A stretch of 64,000 nucleotides of DNA from Nitrospiraceae bacterium (GTDB lineage Bacteria > Nitrospirota > Nitrospiria > Nitrospirales > Nitrospiraceae). Of this stretch, positions 8,430 through 19,764 are shown piece after piece. Both the position numbers and the translations under genes were made by a program. The notes beneath the pieces are model-generated. The model ran no database searches. It was not told the DNA's origin and worked only from the letters and a program-made list of their open reading frames with translations. Numbering within the stretch: position 1 is the first letter of the stretch; each line of letters begins with the position of its first letter. The DNA is taken from positions 1 through 64,000 of the forward strand of contig JBBIQV010000006.1 of NCBI GenBank assembly GCA_037442105.1. The letters are read 5' to 3'.

Positions 8430-10022
8430 TCAGATCTTGAACGACCCGACAATGGATTGCAGTTCCACCGCCAGTTGGCTCAGACCGTGGCTGGCTTTGG
8501 CCGATTCGTCGGCGCCGGACGCCGACTCCTTGGTGACCGTCGCGACGCTTTCGATGTCGCCGGCGATTTGTTGGGTCGCCACAAACTGTTCCTCCGCTGC
8601 GACCGCAATCCGGCGGACCATGTCCGCGCTCTCCGTGACCATCTGGACGATGTTTTTGAGCGCCTCGCCGGTCCGGTTGACCAGGTCCACGCCGCTGACG
8701 ACCTTCTGAGTGCCCGCTTCCATGGATTCGACGGCGCCGCGGGTGTCCTGTTGGATCTGGCGGATCATGTCGCCGATTTCCTTGGTTGCTTTGGTCGTCC
8801 GCTCGGCCAGCTTGCGGACTTCATCGGCCACGACCGCAAAACCCCGCCCCTGTTCGCCGGCTCTGGCCGCTTCGATCGCCGCATTCAACGCCAGCAGATT
8901 GGTCTGGTCGGCGATGTCCTCGATGACCCGGACGATCTCCCCGATCTGATCGGACGACTTGCCCAATTTCGCGATGATGGAGGCCGAATTCGATACGGCG
9001 TCGGAGAGCTGGCGCATGCCGCCGATAGTATCGGACACGACCACGCCTCCGTCTTTCGCCGTCTGTACGGCCTGCTCCGCCAGCTCGGCAGCCTTGCCTG
9101 AATTCTGCGCCACCTGGCCGACCGTGGCGTTCATTTCCTCCACAGCCGCCGCCGTCTGGGCGGACCGGCTCTGCAGCGTGTCGGCCCCCTTGGAGATCTC
9201 CTCGGCCGTTGCGGAGAGCTGGGCCGAGGCCGAAGCCACTTGCGCTGTTGCATGAACCACTTTGGCAACGATCCCGTGCAACCTCGGAATGACTTCGTTG
9301 AAGCGGGCGGCGAGTTGTCCCAGTTCGTCACCGCTAGTGACCCGCACTTGAACGGTAAGGTCGCCTTCGGCGAGCTTGTCCATTCCGGCCTTGATTTCTC
9401 TTATGGGAAGCATAAGTCTCCACGCCAATATGAACGAGAAGCCGATCGTGCTGGCCAATACCAACACCATGACCGCCCAAGCCATTGTAACCAACATGGA
9501 CATTCGGCTCGTGGCAGCATCGGCGAATCCCTTCCCCAAGGCGCTAATCGAGGTCACCACTGCCTCGTCGCGCTTCAAGAATTCGTCCACGAAGGTGTTT
9601 CCCACCACCCGGTCGAATTGAATGTAGGCGTCCGCCATTTTCATGCCATGATCGTGAAGTTGCTCCACTGCGCCATTCACCGCGTTGAACTTGGCCTTCA
9701 GGTCGAAATCGTCCGTGTAGCGTTTTGTTAGTTGGCTGAACAGGGCTTTGTACTGAGTGACATGCGCATTGAGCGTGTCCAACGAGTGTGGCTGCTGTAT
9801 CAAGCTGTATTCGCGCAGCCCGAGCCGGATCATATTCACCTCTCGCCGCATGTTGTCTATCTCGTTTGCGGCAAGAATCGCCTGAACCGCATGCTGGGCG
9901 GTGGTCATGTTGAAGATAAGAACGCCCATAATCGGGCAGAGCGCGAATCCGAGCCCCAGAAGAATCTTGGCTCGCAGCCCGACCCATCCCCGTGTCGAAT
10001 CTGTTCTGTGTATCGCGTGCAT
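8430..10022 (-). CDS. Methyl-accepting chemotaxis protein (2 TM, HAMP)
   Basis: [56 protein letters not shown]. Confidence 0.95.
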   Translation of the reverse strand: MHAIHRTDSTRGWVGLRAKILLGLGFALCPIMGVLIFNMTTAQHAVQAILAANEIDNMRREVNMIRLGLREYSLIQQPHSLDTLNAHVTQYKALFSQLTKRYTDDFDLKAKFNAVNGAVEQLHDHGMKMADAYIQFDRVVGNTFVDEFLKRDEAVVTSISALGKGFADAATSRMSMLVTMAWAVMVLVLASTIGFSFILAWRLMLPIREIKAGMDKLAEGDLTVQVRVTSGDELGQLAARFNEVIPRLHGIVAKVVHATAQVASASAQLSATAEEISKGADTLQSRSAQTAAAVEEMNATVGQVAQNSGKAAELAEQAVQTAKDGGVVVSDTIGGMRQLSDAVSNSASIIAKLGKSSDQIGEIVRVIEDIADQTNLLALNAAIEAARAGEQGRGFAVVADEVRKLAERTTKATKEIGDMIRQIQQDTRGAVESMEAGTQKVVSGVDLVNRTGEALKNIVQMVTESADMVRRIAVAAEEQFVATQQIAGDIESVATVTKESASGADESAKASHGLSQLAVELQSIVGSFKI

Positions 10023-10113
10023 GAGCTTCCCTCCGGCGCCTTCGCGAGACCATCCCGCGCGCAGGTCTTGGGAGGAGATCTCTGAATCCCCTCCTCGCTT
10101 GTTTCGTCCGCTG

Positions 10114-10830
10114 TTATTTCACGGGAATCAGGACGCTGATGGCGCCAGCCAGATCCCCTTCTTTGTAGCCTTCTTTCTTCATTCCAGTGAGATCCTTTTC
10201 ACCTTTCGGTTCGCCATGGCAGCCCAGACAGGACTTAGATGCGTATTCTGGCGACATATATCGCGTTACCTGGTTGCCGCCCATCGCGACGGTTTTCACC
10301 AAGTTCTTTCCTTTTGGATAGGCCGGGCTAGCAAACTCCTTCAACACTTCGGCTTCAAACTCATCGGGCTTGTTGCCCGCGAACCGGTAGTGCTCGGAAG
10401 TTTGCTTCAGGCGGATGCCGGACTTCTGGCCGAATTTCTCCCCCGTCTTCCGGCCCCACAAAGCGGGCAGAAACCCTTTAAACCCTGTGCCTTGCTTATT
10501 GATCAAGGCCTGGGCATCTCCCACAACTTCCTTGCCCGATTCGACGAGCGCGTCGACCACGTTGCTCGTGGGCATCTCACTCTTGTTCGTGTCTTTGTAC
10601 TTGGCCTTCCATTTGCCTTCAAAATACGCGGGCGTGAAGCCCTTGTCGCCCTTGCTCGCGTCGTTGATAAGCTCCTGATGATCGGACACCACCACACGAC
10701 CGGCCTTGAGTACCTTGACCAACACTTCGGCAGTCTTAGCCTCATCCGCCGCATGGGCCAGTCCTGCGCATGAAAGTATCCCCACCGTCACGACACTGCC
10801 GAGGTGTTGAAACCATTGCGTCTTCCTCAT
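10114..10830 (-). CDS. Secreted Tll0287-like (DUF3365) c-type heme protein
   Basis: Signal peptide ending [28 protein letters not shown] heme motif; GDLAGAISV. Confidence 0.85.
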   Translation of the reverse strand: MRKTQWFQHLGSVVTVGILSCAGLAHAADEAKTAEVLVKVLKAGRVVVSDHQELINDASKGDKGFTPAYFEGKWKAKYKDTNKSEMPTSNVVDALVESGKEVVGDAQALINKQGTGFKGFLPALWGRKTGEKFGQKSGIRLKQTSEHYRFAGNKPDEFEAEVLKEFASPAYPKGKNLVKTVAMGGNQVTRYMSPEYASKSCLGCHGEPKGEKDLTGMKKEGYKEGDLAGAISVLIPVK

Positions 10831-10889
10831 GGTATCCTCCTTGTTGTTCCAGACCCGATGACGATCGAGTCGTTGTTGTTTGCCGTTCG

Positions 10890-12575
10890 CTAAACCTTGA
10901 ACGATCCGACGATGCTCTGAAGTTCCACCGCCAACTTCCTCACGTCGGCGCTGGCTTTGGCGGACTCTTGAGCGCCCGAAGCCGATTCTTTTGAGACCTT
11001 GGCGACCTGCTCGACATCACTGGCGATCTGCTGAGTCGCGACCGATTGTTCCTCGGAGGCGACGGCAATTTGCCGGATCATGTCTGCCCCTTCCGACACC
11101 ATGCGCACAATCTGGGTCAGCGCCTCGCCCGTCCTGTTGACCAACTCCACGCCGGCCCCGACCTTCTGCGTGCCCTGCTGCATCGACTCGACGGCCCCGC
11201 GGGTGTCCTGCTGAATCTGCCGGATCATGTCGCCGATTTCCTTGGTCGCCTTGGTGGTGCGTTCCGCCAGCTTGCGGACTTCATCGGCGACCACGGCGAA
11301 CCCGCGCCCCTGTTCGCCGGCTCTGGCCGCTTCGATCGCTGCATTCAACGCCAGCAGATTGGTCTGGTCGGCGATGTCCTCGATGACACGGACGATCTCC
11401 CCGATCTGATCGGACGACTTGCCCAGTTCCGCGATGATCGTAGCGGAGTTCGAGACCGCGTCGGACAATTGCTGCATGCCGGCGATGGTGTTCGCCACGA
11501 CGGTGCCGCCGGCCTTGGCAGTCTGGACGGTCTCTTGCGCCAAGGCAGCCGCCTTCCCGGAATGTTGCGCCACCTGGCTGACCGTGGCGTTCATCTCCTC
11601 CACGGCCGTCGCCGTCTGGGCGGATCGGCTCTGCAGCGTGTCGGTCCCCTTGGAGATCTCCTCGGCCGTTGCGGAAAGCTCGACCGCCGCCGACGCCACC
11701 TTGTCCGTGACCTGCCCCACTTTTCCGATCATCTGCTGCAGCTTTTCCATGAACTGATTGAATGAGCTGCTGAACCGAGCGATTTCATCAGACCCGTGAA
11801 CGGGGACCCGTTGTGTCAAGTCTCCTTCGCCCTGAGCAATATCTCTGGTGATGTCGCTCACGTCATTCAGCGGCTTCAGCACAAGGCTGCGGAGCATCAG
11901 ATACGTTACGACGGCTATGGCCAATACAATGCTGATCATCAGCGCAGTGGAGTTCCGCAGAGACCTCTCCGCTGCCATTTTTCCCTTGTCCATATTCATA
12001 TTGATGACCAGTACCCCAAGCGTGTCGCCGACTTGCTTATCCGTGTGGCATGAGATACAGGCCGCCGCGCTGGCTTTGTCTGCGGAGGCCCGTCGAAAGG
12101 TCATGATCCCTCCTATCTCTTCGATGCGGGAAAGGCTTGCGGCCCCACCCATGATGGCTTCCAGAGCTTCGGTTTCGAAGGGATCTTTGGGCGAGTTATT
12201 CGGATTGAGCGGAGCCTGACTGATGAGTCTGGTGTTGTACAGCCCGCTCTTGTTGGCGTCTTCTCCCATTTCCCGAGTCGCCGTCGCGGGAAATGGGATG
12301 GCGTCCGGATTTCTCGCATGGTCTCTCGCGACGACAATGTCGCCGCCGGCTTTCGATTTCTTGATCTTCCCGACATAGTTCTGCGCGATATAAGCGCGGG
12401 TGATCTTGATCTGAGATTCGAGCAACTGGCCGCGCTGTTCGAGCATCATCGACAGCTTTTCGCCCTCCTGGTAGTGCAGGATGACGAAACCTGCGAGGCC
12501 GATGATCAACGAGGCGACTCCGATGGCGGCTAGAAACTTTGCCCCGATCGTGAGGTCCTTCAGTCGCAGACTCAC
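10890..12575 (-). CDS. Methyl-accepting chemotaxis protein with Tll0287-like heme-c sensor domain
   Basis: [29 protein letters not shown] between two TMs; HAMP; MCP signal domain. Confidence 0.92.
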   Translation of the reverse strand: MSLRLKDLTIGAKFLAAIGVASLIIGLAGFVILHYQEGEKLSMMLEQRGQLLESQIKITRAYIAQNYVGKIKKSKAGGDIVVARDHARNPDAIPFPATATREMGEDANKSGLYNTRLISQAPLNPNNSPKDPFETEALEAIMGGAASLSRIEEIGGIMTFRRASADKASAAACISCHTDKQVGDTLGVLVINMNMDKGKMAAERSLRNSTALMISIVLAIAVVTYLMLRSLVLKPLNDVSDITRDIAQGEGDLTQRVPVHGSDEIARFSSSFNQFMEKLQQMIGKVGQVTDKVASAAVELSATAEEISKGTDTLQSRSAQTATAVEEMNATVSQVAQHSGKAAALAQETVQTAKAGGTVVANTIAGMQQLSDAVSNSATIIAELGKSSDQIGEIVRVIEDIADQTNLLALNAAIEAARAGEQGRGFAVVADEVRKLAERTTKATKEIGDMIRQIQQDTRGAVESMQQGTQKVGAGVELVNRTGEALTQIVRMVSEGADMIRQIAVASEEQSVATQQIASDVEQVAKVSKESASGAQESAKASADVRKLAVELQSIVGSFKV

Positions 12576-12629
12576 AGCTTCTCCTTTCCCCTCCGGTTTC
12601 TAGGAACCCATCTGGTACCTGAGTGACTC

Positions 12630-13724
12630 CTACACCATGTTGAGAATTTCTCCGACGACGCCCGACAAAGGAACGACTTTATCCGCGTATCCGGCCTCTA
12701 CCACCGCCTTCGGCATGCCGTAGACCACGCACGAGGCCTCATCCTGCGCGATCGTTCGTCCCTTCGCAGCCTTGATGGCTTTCATGCCTTCGAGGCCGTC
12801 GTGCCCCATGCCCGTAAGAACGACGCCGACTCCTCGTTCCCCGTACACCCCCGCGACCGACTGCATCATGACGTCCGCGGACGGTGCATGCAGATGTCCC
12901 TCCACGTTCGGGCTCAAACTCACCTCGATGTTCCTGATCGTGCGCTGCCGGACCCGGAGCTGCGTTCCACCCGGCGCAATGAGCGCGCGACCCGGCAGGA
13001 CGTCGTCGTGTTCGGCGGCTTCGCGAACTTCAAGCCGGCACAATTGATTCAGGCGTTGCGCGAACGGCTTCGTGAAAAACTTCGGCATGTGTTGGACGAT
13101 CACGATTCCGGCCGGCAAGTCGGCCGGCAGGCTCGGCAAGATCTCCATCAACGCTTGCGGACCGCCCGTCGAGCACCCGATCGCGATTACTTTGCCGCCT
13201 CGCGTCGCGGCCACCGCCTTCGACGACAGGCAAGGGGCGAGGGATGAGGGGCGAGAGAAACCCGATGATTGACGATTGACGATTGACGATTGACGAATCT
13301 TATCTTTTGCGCCTGCCGCCGCGATCACCTTGGCGATCAACTCCGTCTGGATGTCTGCAATCCGCGTGACGACGCCGTCGAACTGTTTGGGGATGTAGTC
13401 CACGGCTCCCGACTCGAGCGCAGCCAGCGTTTCCTGTGCTCCCTCCATCGTGAGTGAACTCACCATCAGCACCGGCACCGGATGTTCGACCATGATCCGC
13501 TTCAAGGCTTCGATCCCGTTCATGCCCGGCATCTCGATATCCAGCGTCACCACATCGGGATGCAGTTGCTCCACTAGTTGTATGGCTTCTTCGCCGTTCC
13601 TGGCTGTTCCCGCGACGGTCAGGCGAGGATCGGCCGACAACATGGCGGAGAGGCTCTTGCGCATGAACGAAGAATCGTCCACCACCAGAACTCGGATCGG
13701 CCTGTTCGTCGCACCGGACGCCAT
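12630..13724 (-). CDS. cheB: Chemotaxis methylesterase CheB
   Basis: N-terminal REC; GCSTGGP, VQHMP, LTGMGHDG, VVYGMP; ATG 13724 with AGGAG. Confidence 0.96.
   Translation of the reverse strand: MASGATNRPIRVLVVDDSSFMRKSLSAMLSADPRLTVAGTARNGEEAIQLVEQLHPDVVTLDIEMPGMNGIEALKRIMVEHPVPVLMVSSLTMEGAQETLAALESGAVDYIPKQFDGVVTRIADIQTELIAKVIAAAGAKDKIRQSSIVNRQSSGFSRPSSLAPCLSSKAVAATRGGKVIAIGCSTGGPQALMEILPSLPADLPAGIVIVQHMPKFFTKPFAQRLNQLCRLEVREAAEHDDVLPGRALIAPGGTQLRVRQRTIRNIEVSLSPNVEGHLHAPSADVMMQSVAGVYGERGVGVVLTGMGHDGLEGMKAIKAAKGRTIAQDEASCVVYGMPKAVVEAGYADKVVPLSGVVGEILNMV
13229..13298. repeat. Two heptamer arrays in frame in cheB linker
   Basis: GGCAAGG GGCGAGG GATGAGG GGCGAGA; GATGATT (GACGATT)x3 GACGAAT. 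Confidence 0.8.
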
Positions 13725-13753
13725 GTCGGTCTGCTCCTGCCGTGAAAATGCCG

Positions 13754-15403
13754 TCAATCGCCCGCCAACCTGAACCCACCGACGACCTTCTGAAGATCGC
13801 CCGCCAACCCGGAAAGGGCACCGGTGGCATCGTTGATCTGTGACAGCCCGGCCTGCCCACGCTTGGTGACCTCGGTCAGCGCCTCGAGGTTGGAGGCGAT
13901 CTGGTAGCTGGCCCGTGATTGATCCTCGATGGCGGCCGCGATCTGCTGCACCATCGTCGTGACGGACTGCACCGCGCCGACAATCTCGCTGAGACGGTGC
14001 CCTGCAGTCTGGGCGAGCGTGATCCCGCCTTGCGTCTCTTCGGTCGCTTGCCGCATAGCGGTAACCGCCTGCGCCGTGTCGGACTGAATGGTGCGGATCG
14101 TTTCCGCAATCTCGCGCGTCGCCTTGGTCGTCCGTTCAGCCAACTTGCGGACTTCGTCGGCCACGACCGCGAAGCCCCGACCCTGCTCGCCGGCCCTGGC
14201 CGCTTCGATGGCGGCATTGAGCGCGAGCAGATTGGTCTGGCCGGCGATCTCTTCGATGATGCAGACGATTTGTCCGATTTGTTCGGACCGTTGGCCGAGG
14301 AGCTGAATGCGCTCGGCCGAGTTCCGGATGGTCTCGCCCAACCGGGACATGCTCGCGACGGACTGTGCAGCCACTTCATGCCCGTGCGAGGCAGCCACCG
14401 AAGCCGACCCCGCCTGGCCGGCAACCTCTTGAGCATTCTTCGTCATGTTCGCAATCGTGGTCGACATTTCCTCAACCCCGGCGGACGCATGAATCGCCTG
14501 CTGGGTTTGCTCGCTACCGCCCTTAGTCAGTTGGGCGGTATTGGCAGTGAGTTCTTCTGCTGCTGTAACGAGCGACACCGTCGAGTTGGCGACCAACGCC
14601 AGGCTGTCCTGGAGCTTGACGAGCAGGCGATTGAACGCGCAACAGGTGTCGCCGACCTCGTCACGGCTTCGCACGTCCAGCCGCACGGTCAGATCCCATG
14701 TGCGGGTCACATCGTCCATCGCGGTGGCCAGCCGCTTCATCGGCCGGACGATGCTCCGGGCAATCAGCCACCCGATCACGGCACCGGCCAGGAGGATCAT
14801 GCACACCATGGCCACCAGCAAGAAGGTACGCGCTGCGATCGTCTCCGCCGCATGTCGTTCGTTCTGCGCGTTGAGATCTGTGGCAAGTCGAACTACCTCA
14901 TCCACCGCAGTTCGATGTTCCGCATAGCGTGGTTTCAAGAGACTCTCGGCGACGCTCCGCGCCATTTGAGTATTGCCGCTCAAGATCGCGGGAATGAACT
15001 GCCCGTCCTGCGCGTCCAGAAAGGCCTCGCCCGGCCCGTATGCCTTGTCCGCTGCGGTGCGGAGGGGACCCGGAGGCAGGTCTCGGGCCCACAGGGCGTG
15101 ACGCTCTTCGAACTCTTTTCGCAACTGCTTGCTTTTCACGACCAGCGTCTGCACCGCGCCAGGATCGGACTCCCCCAGCATCTGAAGATCGACCAGGTAC
15201 GATTCCACCAAATAGGCAGGTGGGGGAAGAAAGTCCGCGATCACATCTTTCCCTCGGACGATTTCCAGATACAGCGGGCCGTTCACGCTCAGTTCTTGCA
15301 ACATCGCAAGCGCGAACGCGCCAAAACCGATGAGCGCCGTGGTGGGCAGCCCGACCAAAAGGTAGAGTTTTGTCTTCACCGATCGATCTCTGAACCAGCT
15401 CAT
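13754..15403 (-). CDS. Methyl-accepting chemotaxis protein (2 TM, HAMP)
   Basis: MCP signal motif; periplasmic [19 protein letters not shown] region. Confidence 0.95.
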   Translation of the reverse strand: MSWFRDRSVKTKLYLLVGLPTTALIGFGAFALAMLQELSVNGPLYLEIVRGKDVIADFLPPPAYLVESYLVDLQMLGESDPGAVQTLVVKSKQLRKEFEERHALWARDLPPGPLRTAADKAYGPGEAFLDAQDGQFIPAILSGNTQMARSVAESLLKPRYAEHRTAVDEVVRLATDLNAQNERHAAETIAARTFLLVAMVCMILLAGAVIGWLIARSIVRPMKRLATAMDDVTRTWDLTVRLDVRSRDEVGDTCCAFNRLLVKLQDSLALVANSTVSLVTAAEELTANTAQLTKGGSEQTQQAIHASAGVEEMSTTIANMTKNAQEVAGQAGSASVAASHGHEVAAQSVASMSRLGETIRNSAERIQLLGQRSEQIGQIVCIIEEIAGQTNLLALNAAIEAARAGEQGRGFAVVADEVRKLAERTTKATREIAETIRTIQSDTAQAVTAMRQATEETQGGITLAQTAGHRLSEIVGAVQSVTTMVQQIAAAIEDQSRASYQIASNLEALTEVTKRGQAGLSQINDATGALSGLAGDLQKVVGGFRLAGD

Positions 15404-15410
15404 CGTGCCG

Positions 15411-16613
15411 TCACCCGTCGCGCTTCACGCGTTCATCTACGGTGGGAGGCTCGTTGTCCCGAGCCTCCCGTATCACGTTCATGCTCCGCGAGACTTCGGC
15501 CACCGCGGTGCTTTGTTCCTCCGTGGCGGTCGCAATCTGGCGGGTCACATCCAGGACGAGTTGCATGGACTCGGCGATTTTTTTGAGCGCCGCGGCCACG
15601 GCCTGGACCTGAGTCATGCCTTGATCCATCCCGTCGATGCCGACCTGGATCGCCTGCACCGCCTTGGCGGTCCGATCTTGGTTGGCGTTGATCGTCCCGG
15701 TGATTTCCTTCGTCGCCTTGCTTGTGCGTTCGGCCAGCTTGCGGACTTCGTCGGCCACGACCGCAAAACCCCGACCCTGCTCGCCGGCCCTGGCCGCTTC
15801 GATGGCGGCGTTGAGCGCGAGCAGATTGGTCTGGTCGGCGATATCGTCGATCACCTGGATGATCTTGCCGATCTCCGCGGAGGCGTCTCCCAAGGCGCGG
15901 ACGACCACCGCCGTTTCGTGAATGACTCCGCGCAGAGCGGTCATGCCTGACACAAGCTTGCCGGTCACCTGTTCACCGGTTCGCACCTCATCGGCTGCGC
16001 CTGTGCTCTGCGCGGAGGCGCTGTGCGCGCTTTGGGCGATTTCCGCAACGGTGGCCGTCATTTCCTCCATCGCCGTCGCTACCTGCGTGATTTCGCGTTG
16101 AATAAGATTCTCGTAGCGGAGTTGATCGGCCACATCGATCCAGGTCGCGACGACCCCGACGACCTCTCCCTTGCGGTTCGTCAGCGCGTGAGACACGGAC
16201 CGGATGATGTGTTTCCCGATGGGAATATCGGCGTTATGGTGCGATTCTCCCGGCCTGAGGCTATTGAGAACCTGCCGGATCCGGTCGGGATTCTTATGGA
16301 AGGTATGGATGCTGGCGCCCAACAGCGTGGCCCCATCCACCTTGAAACTCCGTTTGAGGTCGTCCGCCCAGTCGGTCAACGTCGTCTTCCCCAGCCGATT
16401 CACGTAATAAAGCCGATTGCCCTGCGAGGTCGCGGACGGCGGGCTCATATCGCAGATGAACACTCGCTCTTGCGTGAGCATATCCAGGATCTGCCACGCC
16501 TGATGCGCCTGCTCGCGGGCCTCATCAAGTTCCATCTCCAACCGACGGATCCGTCCCTCGGTCTTATCCTTTCGAAATCTTATTAGCCGTCCCATAAAGC
16601 TGAACAAGCTCAT
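15411..16613 (-). CDS. Cytoplasmic chemoreceptor with Aer2-like PAS domain
   Basis: No clear [17 protein letters not shown] and VATWID; MCP signal motif. Confidence 0.88.
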   Translation of the reverse strand: MSLFSFMGRLIRFRKDKTEGRIRRLEMELDEAREQAHQAWQILDMLTQERVFICDMSPPSATSQGNRLYYVNRLGKTTLTDWADDLKRSFKVDGATLLGASIHTFHKNPDRIRQVLNSLRPGESHHNADIPIGKHIIRSVSHALTNRKGEVVGVVATWIDVADQLRYENLIQREITQVATAMEEMTATVAEIAQSAHSASAQSTGAADEVRTGEQVTGKLVSGMTALRGVIHETAVVVRALGDASAEIGKIIQVIDDIADQTNLLALNAAIEAARAGEQGRGFAVVADEVRKLAERTSKATKEITGTINANQDRTAKAVQAIQVGIDGMDQGMTQVQAVAAALKKIAESMQLVLDVTRQIATATEEQSTAVAEVSRSMNVIREARDNEPPTVDERVKRDG

Positions 16614-16640
16614 GACGATCCCTCCATCACGGCTTCCCCG

Positions 16641-17615
16641 TCACGCATCACGGCCTTTCACGTCCGTTGCCTGGAGATAGCGCATCAGTTTGCTGCCCAA
16701 TGCGTTTGGATCGAACTTCGTCACGTAATCCGTCGCGCCGACGGCGCGCCCTTTTTCCATATTGCACGAGCCCGTCAGGGATGAATGGAGAATGACCGGC
16801 ATGTGGATGAACCTCGGGTCGGAACGGATATGCCTGGTCAGGGTGAACCCGTCCATGTCCGGCATCTCGATGTCGCTCAGCACCAATTGCACGCGTGCAG
16901 CGACGGGGATGCCGCTCTTGTCCGCTTCATCCGCGATCGCAAGGAGGGCGTCCCAGGCCTCCTTGCCGGTGGTCGTCTGGATGAAGCCGATGCCGATGCG
17001 TTCGAGCGTCTTCCTGATCTGGGTGCGGGCGACGGAGGAATCGTCGGCAAACAACACGCACTTCGCCTTGAGCGCGACCTGCGTCTGAACGGCGCTGTAC
17101 ACCTCCTCATCTGAACGGGGACAGATATCACTGAGGATCTTCTCCACGTCGAGGATGAGCACCATGCGCCCGTCTTCGAGCAGGGTGACGGCCGTCACCA
17201 CCCCTTTGTTGTTTTCCCGCACCAACGCCGGGGGAGTCTTAATATCCGACCAGGAGGTCCGGATGATGTGAGCCACGCCGCAGACCTGAAACGCCTGAAG
17301 AGTACCGTTGTATTCCGTGATGATGAGGTGCCCGGCGTCCGCACCGTCTCCCTCGCGCGAACACCCACCCCCGAGCGCCAGCGCCCTCCGAAGCGCGATG
17401 ACCGGGACCATGGTGCCGCGGATGTTCGCCAACCCGCTGATTCGCTCGTCGGCTTCGGGCACCCGCGTCAGCGACGGCTCCTTCATGACCTCGCGAACTT
17501 TGAAGACGTTGATCCCGAACACTTCGCCGGTGCCGACGTGGAACAGCAGGAGCTCCATCTGATTGGCGCCGGCCAAGCGCGTTCGAGCATCCACCTCGTT
17601 GATCAATGTCGACAT
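16641..17615 (-). CDS. cheV: Chemotaxis protein CheV (CheW + REC)
   Basis: ELLLF...FGINVFKVREV; LILDVEKIL; ADDSSVAR, SDIEMPDMDG, HSSL. Confidence 0.95.
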   Translation of the reverse strand: MSTLINEVDARTRLAGANQMELLLFHVGTGEVFGINVFKVREVMKEPSLTRVPEADERISGLANIRGTMVPVIALRRALALGGGCSREGDGADAGHLIITEYNGTLQAFQVCGVAHIIRTSWSDIKTPPALVRENNKGVVTAVTLLEDGRMVLILDVEKILSDICPRSDEEVYSAVQTQVALKAKCVLFADDSSVARTQIRKTLERIGIGFIQTTTGKEAWDALLAIADEADKSGIPVAARVQLVLSDIEMPDMDGFTLTRHIRSDPRFIHMPVILHSSLTGSCNMEKGRAVGATDYVTKFDPNALGSKLMRYLQATDVKGRDA

Positions 17616-17662
17616 GGGTTCCTCCGTTCTCTCGTGACGCGCCCTGCGCGAACCTCCCACTC

Positions 17663-17732
17663 CCCTAACCGCTCACCACTTACTACTCACAACTTACTAC
17701 TCCCTCATTACCCCTCACGTGCCACGCCTTAC
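17663..17732. repeat. Degenerate heptamer arrays (..TCAC/..TTAC)
   Basis: CCCTAAC CGCTCAC CACTTAC TACTCAC AACTTAC ... TCATTAC CCCTCAC GTGCCAC GCCTTAC. Confidence 0.7.
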
Positions 17733-19651
17733 GCTGCCACTCCCATGGCTTTGGTGCCCCTGGCATGTTGGACCAACTCCGGGATGTCGAGGATCAATAC
17801 CACCTTGCCCTCGCCGGTGATCGTCGCACCGGAAACGCCCTTGATGTGGTCGAGATAATCCCATATGGATTTAATGACCACTTCTTCCTGAGAGCGGAGT
17901 TCATCCACAACGACGCCGATGCGCCGATCACCGAGTCCGGTCACCACGACATAAAACCGCTCACGATCCGCATCCGAGGAAATCTCGAATTCCTCGGCGA
18001 GCCGGATCAACGGGAGTACCCGGTCGCGGATGTGGAGCACCTCTCGACCGTTGATGGTCTTGATGTCGGAACGCGTAATTCGCACAGCCTCGATGACCGA
18101 GCTCAACGGAATCGCGAACGTCGTTCGCTCCACCTCCACCATCAGCGCCTGGATGATGGCGATCGTCAGCGGCAGCTTGATCGTAATCAGGCTGCCCTTG
18201 CCCTCTTCCGACGCCACCACGACATTTCCGTTGAGTTTCCGGATGTTGGTGCGCACGACATCCATGCCGACGCCACGCCCCGACACATCGGTGACCTTTT
18301 CGGCCGTGCTTAATCCCGGGAGAAAGATCAGGTTGACGATCTCCCGCGTCTCCATCGCAGCCAGTTCGGTAGGGCTCACCAGGCCACGGGCCAGCGCTTT
18401 CCCCTTGATCTTCTCCACAGGAATGCCCCGGCCATCGTCCTGGATGTGGATGACGATGCTGTTCCCTTCCTGGCTGGCCGCGACCCGCAAAGTCCCTTCA
18501 ACCGGCTTGTTCAGCTTCAGCCGCTCCGCCGGGGCTTCGATTCCGTGGTCGATCGCGTTGCGCACCAGATGGACCAACGGGTCTCCGATTTCGTCGGCAA
18601 CGGATTTATCCAGCTCCGTCTCCTCGCCGTGGAGATCGAGGCGGACTTGCTTGCCTAATTTCTGCGACAAATCGCGCACCATCCGGGGCAACTTCGCGAA
18701 CACTTTTCTGATAGGCAGCATGCGGGTTTTCATGACCGCGAGTTGGAGATCCGTCGTCACCAGGTTGAGCTGCGCCAGCGTTTCCCCCAGCACCCGCACG
18801 TTGGCGTCGGATTCGTAGGCGTGTTCAAGCTGGCCTCCGATCTTGATGAGCCGATTGCGTCCCAGCACCAGCTCGCCGACCAGGTTCATGACGGAATCGA
18901 GGCGTTTGGTCTCAACACGGATCGTCTGATCCTCGTCGCCCGCCCGCGACGGCTTCTCCTGTTTTTGTAGCGCATGGTCCAGCGCCCGTTCCGTAATGGC
19001 CTTCGCCTGGATGAGGATCTCGCCTAACGGCTGCTTCGGTTCCTGTTGATGTTGTTGTTGCGTCAGCGCGTCGAACACCTGTTCCTTCGTTGCCAGGCCT
19101 TCGCCGACCAGAATTTCTCCGAGCGTAGGTGAAGCCGAGGATTGATCGGCGACCGGCGCCGGCGAGGATGACTGCGCGGCTTGGTGCACCGGCGTGTCCG
19201 GCCCGGCGGAAGCAGACGGTGTCGCCGGAGGCGCTGCCGCCGAGGCCGCGCTTTGCTGAATAGTTCCCGCCAACACGGCGTCCAGTTTTTGCGCCATCGC
19301 GTCGGTCGGCACGTTCTGATCCGTCCCGCTCCGGCGGATATCCGCCATGATCAGTTTGACGACGTCGATCGCTTCGAGGATGGCGGTGACGATGGCGGGC
19401 TGAATCCGCATCTCGCCCTGCCGCAGCTTGTTCATAATGCTTTCAGCACGATGGGTCACGTCCACCAGATGAGTGAACCCCAGGAATCCTGCCGAGCCCT
19501 TCATGCTGTGCATGGCTCGGAAGATTTCATTGAGCAAGTCCGTGTTGCCCGGCTGCGACTCCAGCTCGACGAACTTCCGGTCGAGCATGTCGATCATCTC
19601 CCCTGACTCGGTCAGGAAGTCGTTGAGGATCTCCTGCATCTCATCGTTCAT
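17729..19651 (-). CDS. cheA: Chemotaxis histidine kinase CheA (system 2, no evident P2 domain)
   Basis: IFRAMHSMKG, HLVRNAIDHG, SGRGVGMDVV, CheW domain. Confidence 0.96.
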   Translation of the reverse strand: MNDEMQEILNDFLTESGEMIDMLDRKFVELESQPGNTDLLNEIFRAMHSMKGSAGFLGFTHLVDVTHRAESIMNKLRQGEMRIQPAIVTAILEAIDVVKLIMADIRRSGTDQNVPTDAMAQKLDAVLAGTIQQSAASAAAPPATPSASAGPDTPVHQAAQSSSPAPVADQSSASPTLGEILVGEGLATKEQVFDALTQQQHQQEPKQPLGEILIQAKAITERALDHALQKQEKPSRAGDEDQTIRVETKRLDSVMNLVGELVLGRNRLIKIGGQLEHAYESDANVRVLGETLAQLNLVTTDLQLAVMKTRMLPIRKVFAKLPRMVRDLSQKLGKQVRLDLHGEETELDKSVADEIGDPLVHLVRNAIDHGIEAPAERLKLNKPVEGTLRVAASQEGNSIVIHIQDDGRGIPVEKIKGKALARGLVSPTELAAMETREIVNLIFLPGLSTAEKVTDVSGRGVGMDVVRTNIRKLNGNVVVASEEGKGSLITIKLPLTIAIIQALMVEVERTTFAIPLSSVIEAVRITRSDIKTINGREVLHIRDRVLPLIRLAEEFEISSDADRERFYVVVTGLGDRRIGVVVDELRSQEEVVIKSIWDYLDHIKGVSGATITGEGKVVLILDIPELVQHARGTKAMGVAA

Positions 19652-19664
19652 ATCGCCTCCCGGC

Positions 19665-19754
19665 GGGCAGCAAATAGCTGGTAGCCGACAGCCAATAGTC
19701 CTGCAAATATGACGGCGGTTCCGGCTACTTGCTATTCGCCATTTGCTACTCGCT
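19665..19754. repeat. Heptamer inverted hairpin (AAATAGC/GCTATTC)
   Basis: GGGCAGC AAATAGC TGGTAGC CGACAGC CAATAGT ... GCTACTT GCTATTC GCCATTT GCTACTC. Confidence 0.8.
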
Positions 19755-19764
19755 CACTCCCTCT

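Noticed and set aside
13919..15586. Long plus-strand ORF (555 aa) and many similar antisense ORFs
   Set aside because: Shadows of well-supported minus-strand genes in GC-rich DNA; no recognisable motifs.
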